From: Eledone cirrhosa
Lineage: Eukaryota
Length of the DNA: 38,920 nucleotides
NCBI GenBank assembly: GCA_964016885.1
Contig: CAXHJY010000549.1
Coordinates: 1-38,920, forward strand
Reading direction: 5' to 3'
How positions within the stretch are numbered: position 1 is the stretch's first letter; each line of letters begins with the position of its first letter. Positions 1 to 14,737 of this stretch are shown here, one piece after another. The position numbers and the translations under genes are program-made. The notes beneath the pieces were generated by a model that worked only from the letters and a program-made list of their open reading frames with translations, ran no database searches and had not been told where the DNA came from.

Positions 1-569
<569 letters not shown>

Positions 570-572
570 GAC

Positions 573-652
573 CTCCCTGATGACGCAATGAAATTCTCAA
601 CGGTTCATTACGTAACTGTCTTTATCCCATTGCAGAAACTAATTAGTTGGAG
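573..652 (+). ncRNA. Type I hammerhead ribozyme motif in a short insertion (Penelope-like 3' remnant, about 570-730)
   Basis: Stem I ctcc(573-576)/ggag(649-652); CTGATGA 577-583; stem II gcaatg/cattgc with a long loop; GAAAC 635-639; palindromic taatta; GTT cleavage triplet 646-648. Confidence 0.65.
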
Positions 653-728
653 TGAAAATTTAAGTAAGTTAATTTTTAAAAAAATTTTTTTTTTTAATTT
701 TTCTTATTTTACGTCTTTTATATATTTT

Positions 729-783
<55 letters not shown>

Positions 784-807
784 TATATATAGATATATAG
801 ATATATA

Positions 808-896
<89 letters not shown>

Positions 897-897
<1 letters not shown>

Positions 898-2126
898 ACA
901 TTAACCTGGCTAAGACCAAAGTTCTAGTTTGTAGGAAAGAAAACAAGGCGGCAGTCCCTTCTGGGAAATGGTCGTGCTCGGTGTGTAGGAAAAGCGTAAG
1001 TAGAAACTCCATTTTATGTCCTAAATGCAAAGTATGGGTGCATAAAAGATGTAGTGGGATCACAGGTAAGCTAACTAAGAACATAGATTTTACATGTGGC
1101 CGGTGTTCTGGTGCAATAAGTAGCAGCATGTGCCCACAAAATACTAGCTCTTTCAATTGCGCAGAGGGTTCTATAGAAATAGTGGACAGCTTCCGTTACC
1201 TGGGCGATAAAATCAGCAGTGGGGGAGGGTGCTCTGAAAGTACTGTAGCTAGAGTCAGAACTGGTTGGAAAAAGTTCAGAGAGCTTATACCACTATTAGC
1301 TGCTAAAGGGTTCTCCCTAAAAATGAAAGGCAGGTTGTACGATGCCTGCATACGAACAGCAATGTTGCATGGCAGTGAGACCTGGGCATTGTGTGCAGAG
1401 GATATACGCAGACTAGAGAGGAACGAAGCTTGCATGCTCCGCTGGATGTGTAACAGTAATATACGTGAACGGCAAAGCATAAACGAACTAAGGAAAAAAT
1501 TAGAGATAAGAGGGATCAGATGTTGTTTACTCGAGAGAAGGCTACGTTGGTATGGATACGTGATGCGCATGAAAGTCGATAGCTGTATAACAAAGTGCAG
1601 GGCTATAAAGATAGACGGTAGCCACGGAATAGGCAGACCTAGAAAAACCTGGGACGAGCTGATAAACTCCGACCTCAAACACTTACACCTCTCCAAGACA
1701 ATGTCACTGGACCGAGACCTTTGGCGGTACTCAGTAACAGAGAAGACCCGCCTTGCCAGTAGGCATCTCTAACAAAATACACCCCGTCCCGCCACCACCC
1801 CCCACCCCATCCACACCACCCCGTTCTATGTAAAGTTATGTTGGTGCCGCGCCATCCAGGCCGAAACAAATGAGATCGTGTAGGTGTCACGACAAAAAAA
1901 CACACAGTCCACGCTGTAATGTGGCCGTGTAGGCAACACGGTAAAAACCTCCCAGACCCACACTGTAAATGTGGTTGGTGTTAGGAAGGGCATCCAACTG
2001 TAGAAAACCTGCCAGACAGTCCTATGCGAGCAAGACAATCACTCTTGCCTCAAGTGGGACTACCCCCGTCCAAACCCATGCAAGCGTGGAACACGGACGT
2101 TAAACGTTGATGATGATGATGATGAT
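897..2126 (+). mobile_element. RTE-clade LINE, family A copy A1, 5'-truncated
   Basis: ORF 981-1772 matches the C-terminus of the 1170-aa ORF (PHD-like finger, [27 protein letters not shown]). The 3' UTR ends in (GAT)n running into TA. Confidence 0.95.
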
Positions 2127-2157
<31 letters not shown>

Positions 2158-2218
2158 AATATATATATACATTTCTATGCCTTTTCTGTTTCCAACGGAA
2201 ATTTCAATACTTATATAT

Positions 2219-2371
<153 letters not shown>

Positions 2372-2384
2372 AATATATATATAT

Positions 2385-4780
2385 ATCATCATCATCATCA
2401 TCAACGTTTAACGTCCGTGTTCCACGCTTGCATGGGTTTGGACGGGGGTAGTCCCACTTGAGGCAAGAGTGATTGTCTTGCTCGTATAGGACTGTCTGGC
2501 AGGTTTTCTACAGTTGGATGCCCTTCCTAACACCAACCACATTTACAGTGTGGGTCTGGGAGGTTTTTACCGTGTTGCCTACACGGCCACATTACAGCGT
2601 GGACTGTGTGTTTTTTTGTCGTGACACCTACACGATCTCATTTGTTTCGGCCTGGATGGCGCGGCACCAACATAACTTTACATAGAACGGGGTGGTGTGG
2701 ATGGGGTGGGGGTGGTGGCGGGACGGGGTGTATTTTGTTAGAGATGCCTACTGGCAAGGCGGGTCTTCTCTGTTACTGAGTACCGCCAAAGGTCTCGGTC
2801 CAGTGACATTGTCTTGGAGAGGTGTAAGTGTGTGAGGTCGGAGTTTATCAGCTCATCCCATGTTTTTCTAGGTCTGCCTATTCCGTGGCTACCGTCTATC
2901 TTTATTGCCCTGCACTTTGTAATACAGCTATCGACTTTCATGCGCATCACGTGTCCATACCAACGCAGCCTTCTCTCGAGTAAACAACATCTGATCCCTC
3001 TTATCTCTAATTTTTTCCTTAGTTCGTTTATGCTTTGCCGTTCACGTATATTACTGTTACACATCCAGCGGAGCATGCAAGCTTCGTTCCTCTCTAGTCT
3101 GCGTATATCCTCTGCACACAATGCCCAGGTCTCACTACCATGCAACATTGCTGTTCGTATGCAGGCATCGTACAACCTGCCTTTCATTTTTAGGGAGAAC
3201 CCTTTAGCAGCTAATAGTGGTATAAGCTCTCTGAACTTTTTCCAACCAGTTCTGACTCTAGCTACAGTACTTTCAGAGCACCCTCCCCCACTGCTGATTT
3301 TATCGCCCAGGTAACGGAAGCTGTCCACTATTTCTATAGAACCCTCTGCGCAATTGAAAGAGCTAGTATTTTGTGGGCACTTGCTGCTACTTATTGCACC
3401 AGAACACCGGCCACATGTAAAGTCTATGTTCTTAGTTAGCTTACCTGTGATCCCACTACATCTTTTATGCACCCATACTTTGCATTTAGGACATAAGATG
3501 GAGTTTCTACCTACGCCTTTCCTACATACCGAGCACGACCATTTCCCAGAAGGGACCGCCGCCTTGTTTTCTTTCCTACAAACTAGAACTTTGGTCTTAG
3601 CCAGGTTAATTTTAAGTCCTTTTGACTCTAGGCCGTGCTTCCATGTTTGGAATTTCTTCTCTAGCTCGGCCATTGATTCCGCTATGAGTGTCAGGTCGTC
3701 TGCGTATAGGAGTTCCCATGGGCAGCCTGTCTTGAACTCCTCTGTTATAGCCTGAAGGGCAATAATAAATAGTAGGGGGCTGAGAACAGAGCCCTGATGG
3801 ACGCCAACTTTTACGCTAAACTCTTCACTATATTCGTTGTTAATTCTAACCTTGCTGACTGTTTCTTTATACATGGCTTGTATAGCCCTCACAAGCCATT
3901 CGTCAACGCCTAGTTTTCTAAGAGCCCACCAGATAATGGAGCGGGGGACTCTGTCGAAGGCTTTCTCCAGGTCGACAAAAGCTAAGTAGAGGGGTTTACC
4001 TTTAGCTAGGTACTTCTCCTGTAGTTGTCGTACTATGAAAAGAGCGTCTGTGGTGCTTTTGCCTGACACAAACCCGAACTGCATTTCATCTAGGTCAATT
4101 CTCTCTCTGATTAGTTGCGCTATTACTTTTTCCGTGACCTTCATGACCTGGTCGATTAATTTAATGCCTCTATAGTTACTCCTATCTAGGGCGTCTCCTT
4201 TACCCTTATAACAGTTAACGATGATGCTGCTATGCCAGTCCTTCGGAACAACCCCATTCTGTACGACTTGGTTAACTATGCGGGTGACCATGGTGTGTCC
4301 CACCGTGCCAGATGCCTTCAGCATCTCAGCAACTATTTCCGAAGGCCCAGCCGCCTTACCCGTCTTCATATCCTTGATTGCCTTACTTATTATACTCCCC
4401 TCGACTAACACTGCTGGTCCCTCTATCGGGTCGATATGGGGGAGACTGTCTTTCTCCCATTTATTCTCCTCATTTAGTAGCCTTTCATAGTGACACTTCC
4501 AAGCTACCTTCTTATCAGTGTCGGTGATGGCAAGTATGCCATCATCGTTAAGTACACACTTCTCCCCGACAATATCACGGTTTTCCTTGACGCATTGCCT
4601 GGCAATCCTGAACACCTCACGTTTTTGGTCATCGCGTTGTAGAACATGCTTGAACTTTCTTTCCTCAGCTTCCCTTCTTGCTAAGTACACTTCTCTCCTA
4701 GCTTCCCTCCTGGCCACTTGATAGTCTACTCTACTTCCCCCATCCCGCCATACTTTCCAAGCCTGCTTTTTGGCCTTAAT
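2385..4780 (-). mobile_element. RTE-clade LINE, family A copy A2, 5'-truncated (RT complete, APE lost)
   Basis: ORF 2738-4717 with YRGIKL, QFGF, FVDLEKAFDRVP, GVHQGSVLSPLLF, LLYADD. (ATC)n tail at 2385-2403; truncation point abuts a TA tract. Confidence 0.96.
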
Positions 4781-4796
4781 AAATATATATAAATAT

Positions 4797-4843
<47 letters not shown>

Positions 4844-4959
4844 TATATATATATATTTATATATATATATTTATATATATATATATTTATATATATATAT
4901 ATTTATATATATATATATTTATATATATATATATTTATATATATATATTTATATATATA

Positions 4960-5011
<52 letters not shown>

Positions 5012-5013
<2 letters not shown>

Positions 5014-5363
5014 CAATATTAAATAAATGGAAACTATATTTATAAAATCATATTTATTTCATTATATATATTTCGGGGATATCATATTAACAATATGCTA
5101 TGCCTTCCTCAGACAAAATACAATATAAACAGTTTTATAGATAAATAGATTCGACATACCGTATCAACACCGACTTGCATTTGGAGAGGTTTTGCTGCAA
5201 GTCGGTGTTGATACGGTATGTCGAATCTATTTATCTATAAAACTGTTTATATTGTATTTTGTCTGAGGAAGGCATAGCATATTGTTAATATGATATCCCC
5301 GAAATATATATAATGAAATAAATATGATTTTATAAATATAGTTTCCATTTATTTAATATTGTA
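5012..5363. repeat. 168-bp perfect inverted repeat with 16-bp spacer; fold-back end of a Penelope-like insertion (about 5012-5452)
   Basis: 5012-5179 is the reverse complement of 5196-5363; spacer tttggagaggttttgc; TA tracts on both sides. Confidence 0.9.
5255..5320 (+). ncRNA. Degenerate minimal hammerhead motif (mirror copy on the minus strand at 5055-5120)
   Basis: Stem I tattttgt/atgaaata (two G-U pairs); CTGAGGA 5263-5269; imperfect stem II with a catatt-gtt-aatatg core; GAAA 5301-5304; palindromic T-ATAT-A stem III; ATA triplet. Confidence 0.5.
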
Positions 5364-5518
5364 AATATACTCCAAATATTTGTCGATTGCTTTTATATCA
5401 GTTATAAATATTTACTAGTTGTAACCCAACAATTTTAAATATAACTTTCCATGTATTTATATATATATATATTTATATATATATATTTATATATATATAT
5501 ATTTATATATATATATTT

Positions 5519-7440
<1,922 letters not shown>

Positions 7441-8126
7441 TATATATATAAATGAATTTGGAGTTGGACAGTTCATCATAGAATAAGTGATTACTTAATA
7501 GAAGCTACTGACCTTCCAAGGAGGTCCATGTTTTGCTTACATATAATCTTGCTCTTTACCAAGTAACCTGGATACATTGTGTCATGGTACCAGTACAAAA
7601 GTGTACTGATGCCATTTATCTTGAGATGAATGAAAAATAAATAAATAAAAACTAGAGGGATCTCTTCCGGATTTTCTGGATCTTTCTGGAGAATTATCTC
7701 ATATTATCAAGTCTTTGACAATTGAAGAGACCTCTTGATCCTTGTTCTATGTAACTGACAGTGTTGTTAAACTGTTTCACAAAATACGTTGCAGAATTTG
7801 TTTTGGATTTCAACCGTCTGAGTTCCAATCATACGGAGGTCAAATTTCTCTACCATCATTTTGGGAGTAGAAAAAATAAAGTATTTGTAAGGGTAGTGGT
7901 TTGGCCAGATTATATAAGCTTCAGACATATTTTTGCACTCTACCAGGTAAACTGTGTATAAATGCTTTGTAGTATTTCTTCTTGATCTTTGTGTTCTGAA
8001 GTCAAATCCCACTATGACTTACTTGTTGGTAGAATTCATCTCTCACCCAGTTTAACCCTTTTGACACCAAATTGCCTGAAACGGACACCAGTTCTATAAT
8101 ACACAACTGTTATTTTAAAGAGTGTA

Positions 8127-10879
8127 TCTATATACTAGTAAGACTCTGTGATTGCTAGCTTGTTTGTCTGGAATGGAATACAACCAAAAGGGCGCATAAT
8201 GGGAAAATACTCTGATAGGAAGTTGACCCTGAAATGGGAATACAAATGGAATAAAACAAGTATTGAGTCAATCGGACCACGGATTCCCAAGATATTGGGT
8301 TTTTCTGGGTACCTTCATAAACAGAGAGAGAGAAGGATAGAGAGAAAGAGATAGTGGTTGTGAGAGAGTAGATTGAAAGAGAGACATAGAGAGAGGGAGA
8401 GGAGACAGAGAAGGAGAATGGAAGAGAGAGAGCTGATGGTGTTGTGTATATATATATATATGTGAATGTGTGTGTGTATATATATATATGTGTGTATGCG
8501 TGTGTGTGTCTATGACCAGTGTATATAGATCACAGACACCCACATATATATATATATATATACACACACACATATGTATATATGTATACATACACACACA
8601 TATATATATCATCATCACCGTTTTACGTCCGTTCTTCCACGCTAGCATGGGTTAGACGGGTTGTCCTGTTGTGGGCAGTGTCTGGTCGGCTGACCATGCC
8701 TTGCTCATACAGGAACTGATCTGGCTTGATTTCTACAGCTGGATGCCCTTCCTAACACCAACCTCATTTACAGTGAGTGCTGGGTGCTTTTTCGTGGCGC
8801 CTACACGTCCACTTTACAGTGTGGGCTGGGTGCTTTTTTGCCGTGGCACCTCCACGACCACCTTGCGGGGGGGGGGGGGGGGGGGGGCATATTGTTTATA
8901 TGCTTCAGCATGTACCCATGGGAGGTCGGGTACCCTGTATTACTGCGTGACGCCAGAAGTCACGGTCGTGTGTCATTGACTTTGAGAGGTGTAGTTGGGT
9001 AAGGTCGGCTTTTATCACCTCATCCCAAGTCATCTTGGGTCTCCCCACTCCGCGGTTTCCATCAACTTCTAGTGCTCTGCACCTTTTTATGCAGCTGTCA
9101 TCCTTCATACGCATCACATGTCCATACCAGCGTAACCGCCTCTCCTGCACGCAGCATTTGATTCCTCTTATGCTCAGTCTCTCTCTCAATTCATTTATGC
9201 TTTGTCGTTCACGTATATTACTGTTACACATCCATCGGAGCATGCAGGCTTCGTTTCTCTCTAATCTACGTAAGTCTTCCACCTTCAGCGCCCAGGTCTC
9301 ACTACCATGCAACATCGCTGTTCGGATACACGCATCATACAGTCTGCCTTTCATTCTGAGGGAGAAGCCTTTTGCAGCTAGCAGTGGTAGTAGTTCCCTA
9401 AACTTCTTCCATCCCGTTCTTACCCTAGTTATTGTACTTTCTGAGCACCCACCTCCGTTGCTAATTCGGTCACCTAGGTAGCAGAAGCTGTCTACTGTTT
9501 CTACAGGGCCCTCCCAGAGATTGGTGGTACTTGTTTCCTGTGGCTGTTTGCTTGCTGTTTCAGCACAGCTGCTGCATGTGAATCCTACATTCTTAATTAA
9601 GCTTCCTGAGATCCCGCTACATCTCTTGTGTACCCATTGTTTGCATTTGGGGCAAAGAATGGAGTTCCTACCTACACCTTTCCTACATACTGAGCAAGGC
9701 CATTTCCCTGAGGGGATCTGGGTTCTGTTTTCTCGTCTACTTATAAGGACCTTAGTCTTTGTCATGTTGACTTTGAGGCCCTTTCTCTCTAGTCCCTGCT
9801 TCCAGGTTTGGAATTTATTCTCTAGTTCTACCATAGATTCAGCTATGAGTGCGAGGTCGTCAGCATACAGGAGTTCCCATGGGCATCCGGTCTTAAACTC
9901 CTCCGTTATTGCCTGCAGGACTATGATGAACAGGAGAGGGCTAAGAACAGAGCCCTGGTGGACCCCAACCTGTACGCTAAATTCCTCGCTATACTCATTG
10001 CCAATCCTAACTTTGCTGACTGCTCCCCTATACATGGCTTGTACCGCTTTCACAAGCCATTCATCTACTCCTAGTTTTCTAAGAGCCCACCAGATTACTG
10101 CACGTGGAACTCTGTCAAAGGCTTTCTCAAGGTCGACAAATGCCAAGTAGAGTGGCTTACTTTTAGCTAGGTACTTTTCCTGTAATTGCCTCACAAGGAA
10201 GAGCGCATCAGTGGTGCCTTTCCCTGGAACAAACCCAAATTGCATCTCGTCTATATTCACCCGGTCCCTAATCAGCTGTGCTATAACTCTTTCTGTTACT
10301 TTCATGACCTGGTCCATCAACTTTATACCTCTATAGTTTCCTCTATCTAGTGCATCGCCTTTACCTTTGTAGCAGTTGACAATGATGCTACTGCACCAAT
10401 CTTTTGGTATGGCCCCCTCTAGTATTACCTGGTTAACGATACGTGTGGTTATAGTGTGACCTACAGACCCAGATGCCTTCAGCATCTCGGCAGCTATACC
10501 CGATGGACCGGTTGCCTTCCCTATCTTCATATCTCTGATTGCCTTACTTACTACGCTGCCGCTGACTTGTACTGCTGGTCCCTCTATAGGGTCTACGTGG
10601 GGTAGGGTCTCTTCTTCCCATGCATTCTCCTCATTTAGTAATCTATCATAATGACTCTTCCATGCATCTTTCTTCTCAGCACTTGTGAGGGCAAGCTCAC
10701 CTTTATCATTCCGGATACACTTCTCTCCAATGACATCACAACTATCTCTGACACACTGCCTCGCAATCTTGAATACCTCCTGTTTCTGGTCCTCACGTTG
10801 TAAAACATGCTTGAATTTTCTATCCTCTGCTTCCCTCCTAGCTATATATATATATGTATATATATATATACACATACAC

Positions 10880-10910
<31 letters not shown>

Positions 10911-11014
10911 GGCCTTCCAGTTTCATTTCACATTATATACATGTCTGTATATATTTTAATTATTTAAAAATTATTTTGAAGGGAACGTGACCCAACGGGT
11001 CACGGGTGGTCTAG
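8127..11014 (+). mobile_element. Non-autonomous Helitron containing LINE B2
   Basis: 3' hairpin cgtgaccc-aac-gggtcacg (10986-11004) lies 6 nt before a terminal CTAG (11011-11014) followed by T. Candidate 5' end is A|TCtatatactagt at 8127. Confidence 0.6.
8608..10843 (-). mobile_element. RTE-clade LINE, family B copy B2, 5'-truncated (RT complete, APE lost)
   Basis: ORF 8905-10926; the first 28 or so residues are TA-repeat translation and the genuine sequence starts at ARREAED. Near-identical to B1; (ATC)n tail at 8608. Confidence 0.96.
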
Positions 11015-11408
11015 TATGTATCTAAAATCTTTTCATCATAGATTTATGTAAGAACCATTGTTAAGTTATGTTCTAAAAGCTAGCATAATGAGAAACATAA
11101 TTACATTATTAAATCTTTCCAAATTGTAGATTATTTCAATAAATAATTTGAAGTTATAGGCAAATTTTTCCTTAGAAATATGATAACAAAAGTGTTAATA
11201 TTACTGTGTATCCTGGTGGGCTTAAATGAAACATAATGTGTTGCATGTCCAGATCACAGGTTATTGGATACATTCCTCTCTGTCACAAGTGTCAGCAGTC
11301 CTGTATGGGTATTGCCCATCCCTCCATGGCTAAACAGTAAATAAATACAAAAACTCCTAAAAAAGGAGACAAATAGATCAGCCATGTAAAAGGAAGGCTT
11401 TCCCTATA

Positions 11409-11461
<53 letters not shown>

Positions 11462-11467
<6 letters not shown>

Positions 11468-11675
11468 TGTGTACCCTTGGTATTCACTGTTCCAGTTATT
11501 CACGTAATTTTCCTTAGATCCTAACTAATAATTGTTCGTGGAAACCACCGCATATTCACAGAATCATTAATATGTTCCATGATTTTTTAATGGCTTTTTT
11601 GTGGCATAATGATATTTTTTAATGTTAAATTATTAATAATAATATACCGTATTTGCCAGGCTATTAGATGCCCCT
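11462..11675. mobile_element. Possible pogo/Tigger-like DNA transposon terminal remnants
   Basis: tacactgtgtacccttggtattcac.. after a TA tract and taccgtatttgccaggctattagatgc at about 11644 resemble pogo-type TIRs from memory. No partner TIR found. Confidence 0.3.
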
Positions 11676-11839
11676 TTTTTTATTACATTTTATGTTATAT
11701 TTTGACATTTATAGGCATTTTTATGGACCACATCCAACATTCGTAGTTTTTCACTCTTCACATGTGCTCTCGGAACGTAACTCCACAAATACTGGGGGAA
11801 AACTATATATATGTGTAGATCCTGAGTGAAATCTGGGGT

Positions 11840-12031
11840 AACCACAATTAAAAAGGTACTCAATACATTAATAGAGTGTAAACATGATTATTTAATATAG
11901 AAATGGCTTCTACAGGACTAGAACTCATCATGATCATCGTTTAACGTCCATCTTCCATGCTAGCTATTCATATGAAATCATACGAATGAAACGGCTCTAG
12001 TCCTATAGAAGCTATTTCTATATTAAATAAT
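11840..12031 (-). mobile_element. Penelope-like 3' remnant with fold-back arms; same family as 18160-18305
   Basis: Inverted arms 11888-11924 / 11994-12031 (tttaatatagaaatggcttctacaggactaga). The spacer holds an RTE-type tail fragment (11925-11964). Homologous to 18165-18250. Confidence 0.55.
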
Positions 12032-12868
12032 TATATATATATATATACAGAGGGAGGGGGAGAGAGAGAGAGATCAAATTACTTTTGTAAGAATTACACT
12101 GTAGATGATGTTAAATGACTGTTGTTCCATGAACATTGATGTCTAAGATATATGGAATCTCAAGATTGATCTCTTTGCAGAAAGAAACCTGATTATTCTT
12201 TGGTGTTCTTTGTTTGAATATATTTTTAAAGTTATGTTTAATATCATGCTATGCCAATTCTAAACTAATTTCGTCATTGCTGTTAATGCAACACTCCACA
12301 AGAAGACAAAGTGACATTAACTGATCTTTCTAAAAATAGCAACAATAAGATTAAAAAGAACATGCCATGTCTTTAGTTAACTTAACCTCTTCTCTTATTG
12401 CTTATCCCTGCCGATGTACCAGAAGCCATAATTTATGACACTTTAATCAGATGAAAAAATATATAAATTACATCTTTGATCAATTTAATTGTAGACACAT
12501 AATGATATTTTTCATATCCACAATGAAATAGTGTACAGCAGAGAAATATTCTAAGGGGAATTAAAGGAAGGCCTTTTTTTTAAAAAGAAATATAAATGTT
12601 GTCCCAAAGAGCCACAAATTTAGAGAAGATTATATTAATAATTTTTGTGCGATATATAAAGTTAGGTGGGAAATGAGAAAAAGGAGTATGGAGGAGAGGT
12701 TGGTGGTTGTGAGATTGTGTGAATATGTGTGGTTATGTATGATGTTTGTGAGTGTGTACATGTGTGCTTGTGTGTGGTAGATATGTCATATAATTTATGA
12801 TTTACGATTTGTGTGAGCATGTGAATATGTTGCTATACATATATATATATATATATATACACACACAT

Positions 12869-12950
<82 letters not shown>

Positions 12951-12973
12951 TTATATATATGTATAGCATACAT

Positions 12974-13357
12974 GGAGGCACATGGTTTAGTGGTTAGAGC
13001 ATCGGGCTTGCAATCGAAAGGTTGTGAGTTCAATTCTCAGACCAGGTGGTGTGTTGTTTCCTTGAGCAAGAAACTTTATTTCACATTGCTCCAGTTTACT
13101 CAGCTGTAGAAATGAGATCATAGGACTGGGGTCCCTATCATTCTACTGCAAAGTGGTCGTGGAGGTGCCATGGCAAAAAAGCACCCAGCCCACATTGTAA
13201 AGTGGACGTGTAGGTGCCACAGAAAAAAAGCACCCGGCACTCACTGTAAATGAGGTTGGTGTTAGGAAGGGCATCCAGCTGTAGAAATCAAGTTAGAATC
13301 AGTTCCTGTCCCACCCTTGCAAGCAGGGACAAGCGGACGTAAAATGATGATGATGAT
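12974..13357 (+). mobile_element. tRNA-derived SINE with 3' tail homologous to the LINE family B 3' UTR
   Basis: A box tggtttagtgg, B box gagttcaattc, central tccttgagcaag..ctttatttcac domain, then gtggtcgtggaggtgcca..aaaaaagcacccagccc..gttaggaagggcatccagctgtagaaatcaag..ggacgtaaaa(TGA)n as in B1 7047-7315. Confidence 0.9.
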
Positions 13358-13364
13358 ATATACA

Positions 13365-13536
13365 CGTAAGTATATATATAAATAAGTATATATATACATA
13401 AGTATATATATATATACATAAGCATATATATATACATATATACATAAGCATACATATATACATAAGCATATATATATACATATATACATAAGTATATATA
13501 TATATATATATACATAAGTATATATATATACATAAG

Positions 13537-13569
<33 letters not shown>

Positions 13570-13612
13570 GTATATATATATACATAAGTATATATATATA
13601 TATACATAAGTG
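13365..13612. repeat. (TA)n-cataag minisatellite, continuing at 14685-15125
   Basis: Repeated acataag(ta)n units on both sides of the 13620-14680 block. Confidence 0.9.
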
Positions 13613-13771
13613 TATATATATATAGAGAGAGAGAGAGATAAATATACACGGGTGTGTATGATTGTGTATAGAAGATTAATCCTATCAGCAACACTTAAAG
13701 TTTCCAGTGTACTTGCCCTAAAACTAGAATACACTGTGTGTGTATGTATATATGTATATATATATATATTA

Positions 13772-14420
13772 TGTCAGGTCACCAGTTGGTGCTACTGGTA
13801 ACATGTATCCCAGTACAACCTGTCTCATGGTCGGGTCGTTGGCGACTAAACTGGCAACCCCACCAAGGTTTCTTGGTGAGGAGGGTGACTTTGGACATCC
13901 TGCAGGACTAAAAACAAAACCTGTCAAAGGGCGAAAAAGGGCAAAGGAGCTCTTAAGAGTCAATGGCCATCCAAAATCACCGGGAGAGATGACCCCTTAG
14001 CCTTTGTCAAGGCAGAATTCTAGGAGAAGGAAAACTCTGATATAACACCTGCAACCCTGATGGTAATCCAATGATGTTGACTTGTTCTTCTTTTTGGTAA
14101 ATATCATCTTGGTTAAGAGAGTGGGACTGGCTTTGTGCAGTGCCTTTGCTCACTATAAAAGCTTCACGGCACAGGCATTGCTTTATATCTGGAGATCTCT
14201 CTGCACTTGTCCTCACATGGGCCCAGCACTATGTGTCAATAATTGTCCTACCATGGGCCCAGCACTATGTGTCAATGATTGTCACAGGTGTGGTGTTTGT
14301 ACCAGAGGTTTCAAGTCGCTGGCTGGACTGGAAAGTCACACTCGTTCGGCGCTTCGGTAGGGGTTATCCTACATGGATGTAAGGTAGTGGCCGTACTCGA
14401 AAACGAGTTGGCAGCCGCCA
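13772..14420 (+). mobile_element. Non-autonomous RTE-like derivative (structured 5' region joined to a zinc-finger-coding 3' end)
   Basis: ctaggagaaggaaaactctg (14020-14039) resembles RTE 5' UTR motifs from memory; 14289-14345 encodes CGVCTRGFKSLAGLESHTR (C2H2-like); 3' hairpin actcg-aaaa-cgagt; second copy at 30617-30947; flanked by TA. Confidence 0.7.
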
Positions 14421-14600
14421 TATATATATATATATAGATAGACAAATATACACGGATGTGTATGATTGTGTATAGAAGATTATATTAATAAGAGGAATTC
14501 CAACTTTGTCTGATTTACTCGTTTTATTTACAATCCATTAAAATTTATAATGGTATTTGAATGAAATAGTATGATAGAATATTAAATGTTAAGTGTTAAT

Positions 14601-14639
14601 TGAACAAGTACTTTCATGCTTTCGCAATCTTCAGGTTCA
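14601..14639 (-). ncRNA. Minimal type I hammerhead motif (same as 18559-18597)
   Basis: Minus strand reads tgaac CTGAAGA ttgc-gaaa-gcat GAAAG TA CTT gttca. Confidence 0.75.
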
Positions 14640-14692
14640 TAATGTGTGGTGACAGTCAAGTTTGCAATTTTCAACTGTATATATATGCATAA

Positions 14693-14737
<45 letters not shown>

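Larger units (their letters stand above)
8052..11198. mobile_element. piggyBac-like MITE split into two halves (8052-8126 and 11015-11198)
   Basis: Left end TTAAcccttttgacacca and right end tgataacaaaagtgTTAA are imperfect TIRs with TTAA at both termini. A related right end lies near 22560-22651. Confidence 0.5.

Noticed and set aside
7761-8012. Short ORFs in the unique spacer between B1 and B2
   Set aside because: No recognisable motif, non-ATG starts, and lengths expected by chance.
12974-13050. tRNA-like sequence (also at 33181 and about 16660-16729)
   Set aside because: A and B boxes are present but continue into a SINE core and tail; these are SINE heads, not tRNA genes.
13805-13856. 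HDV-like ribozyme parse (ccagt..acc-tgtctcat-ggt..gtcg-ttgg-cgac-taa-actgg)
   Set aside because: There is no room for the 3' strand of P1 between P3 and P4, so the fold is incomplete; kept only as an unassigned structured leader.
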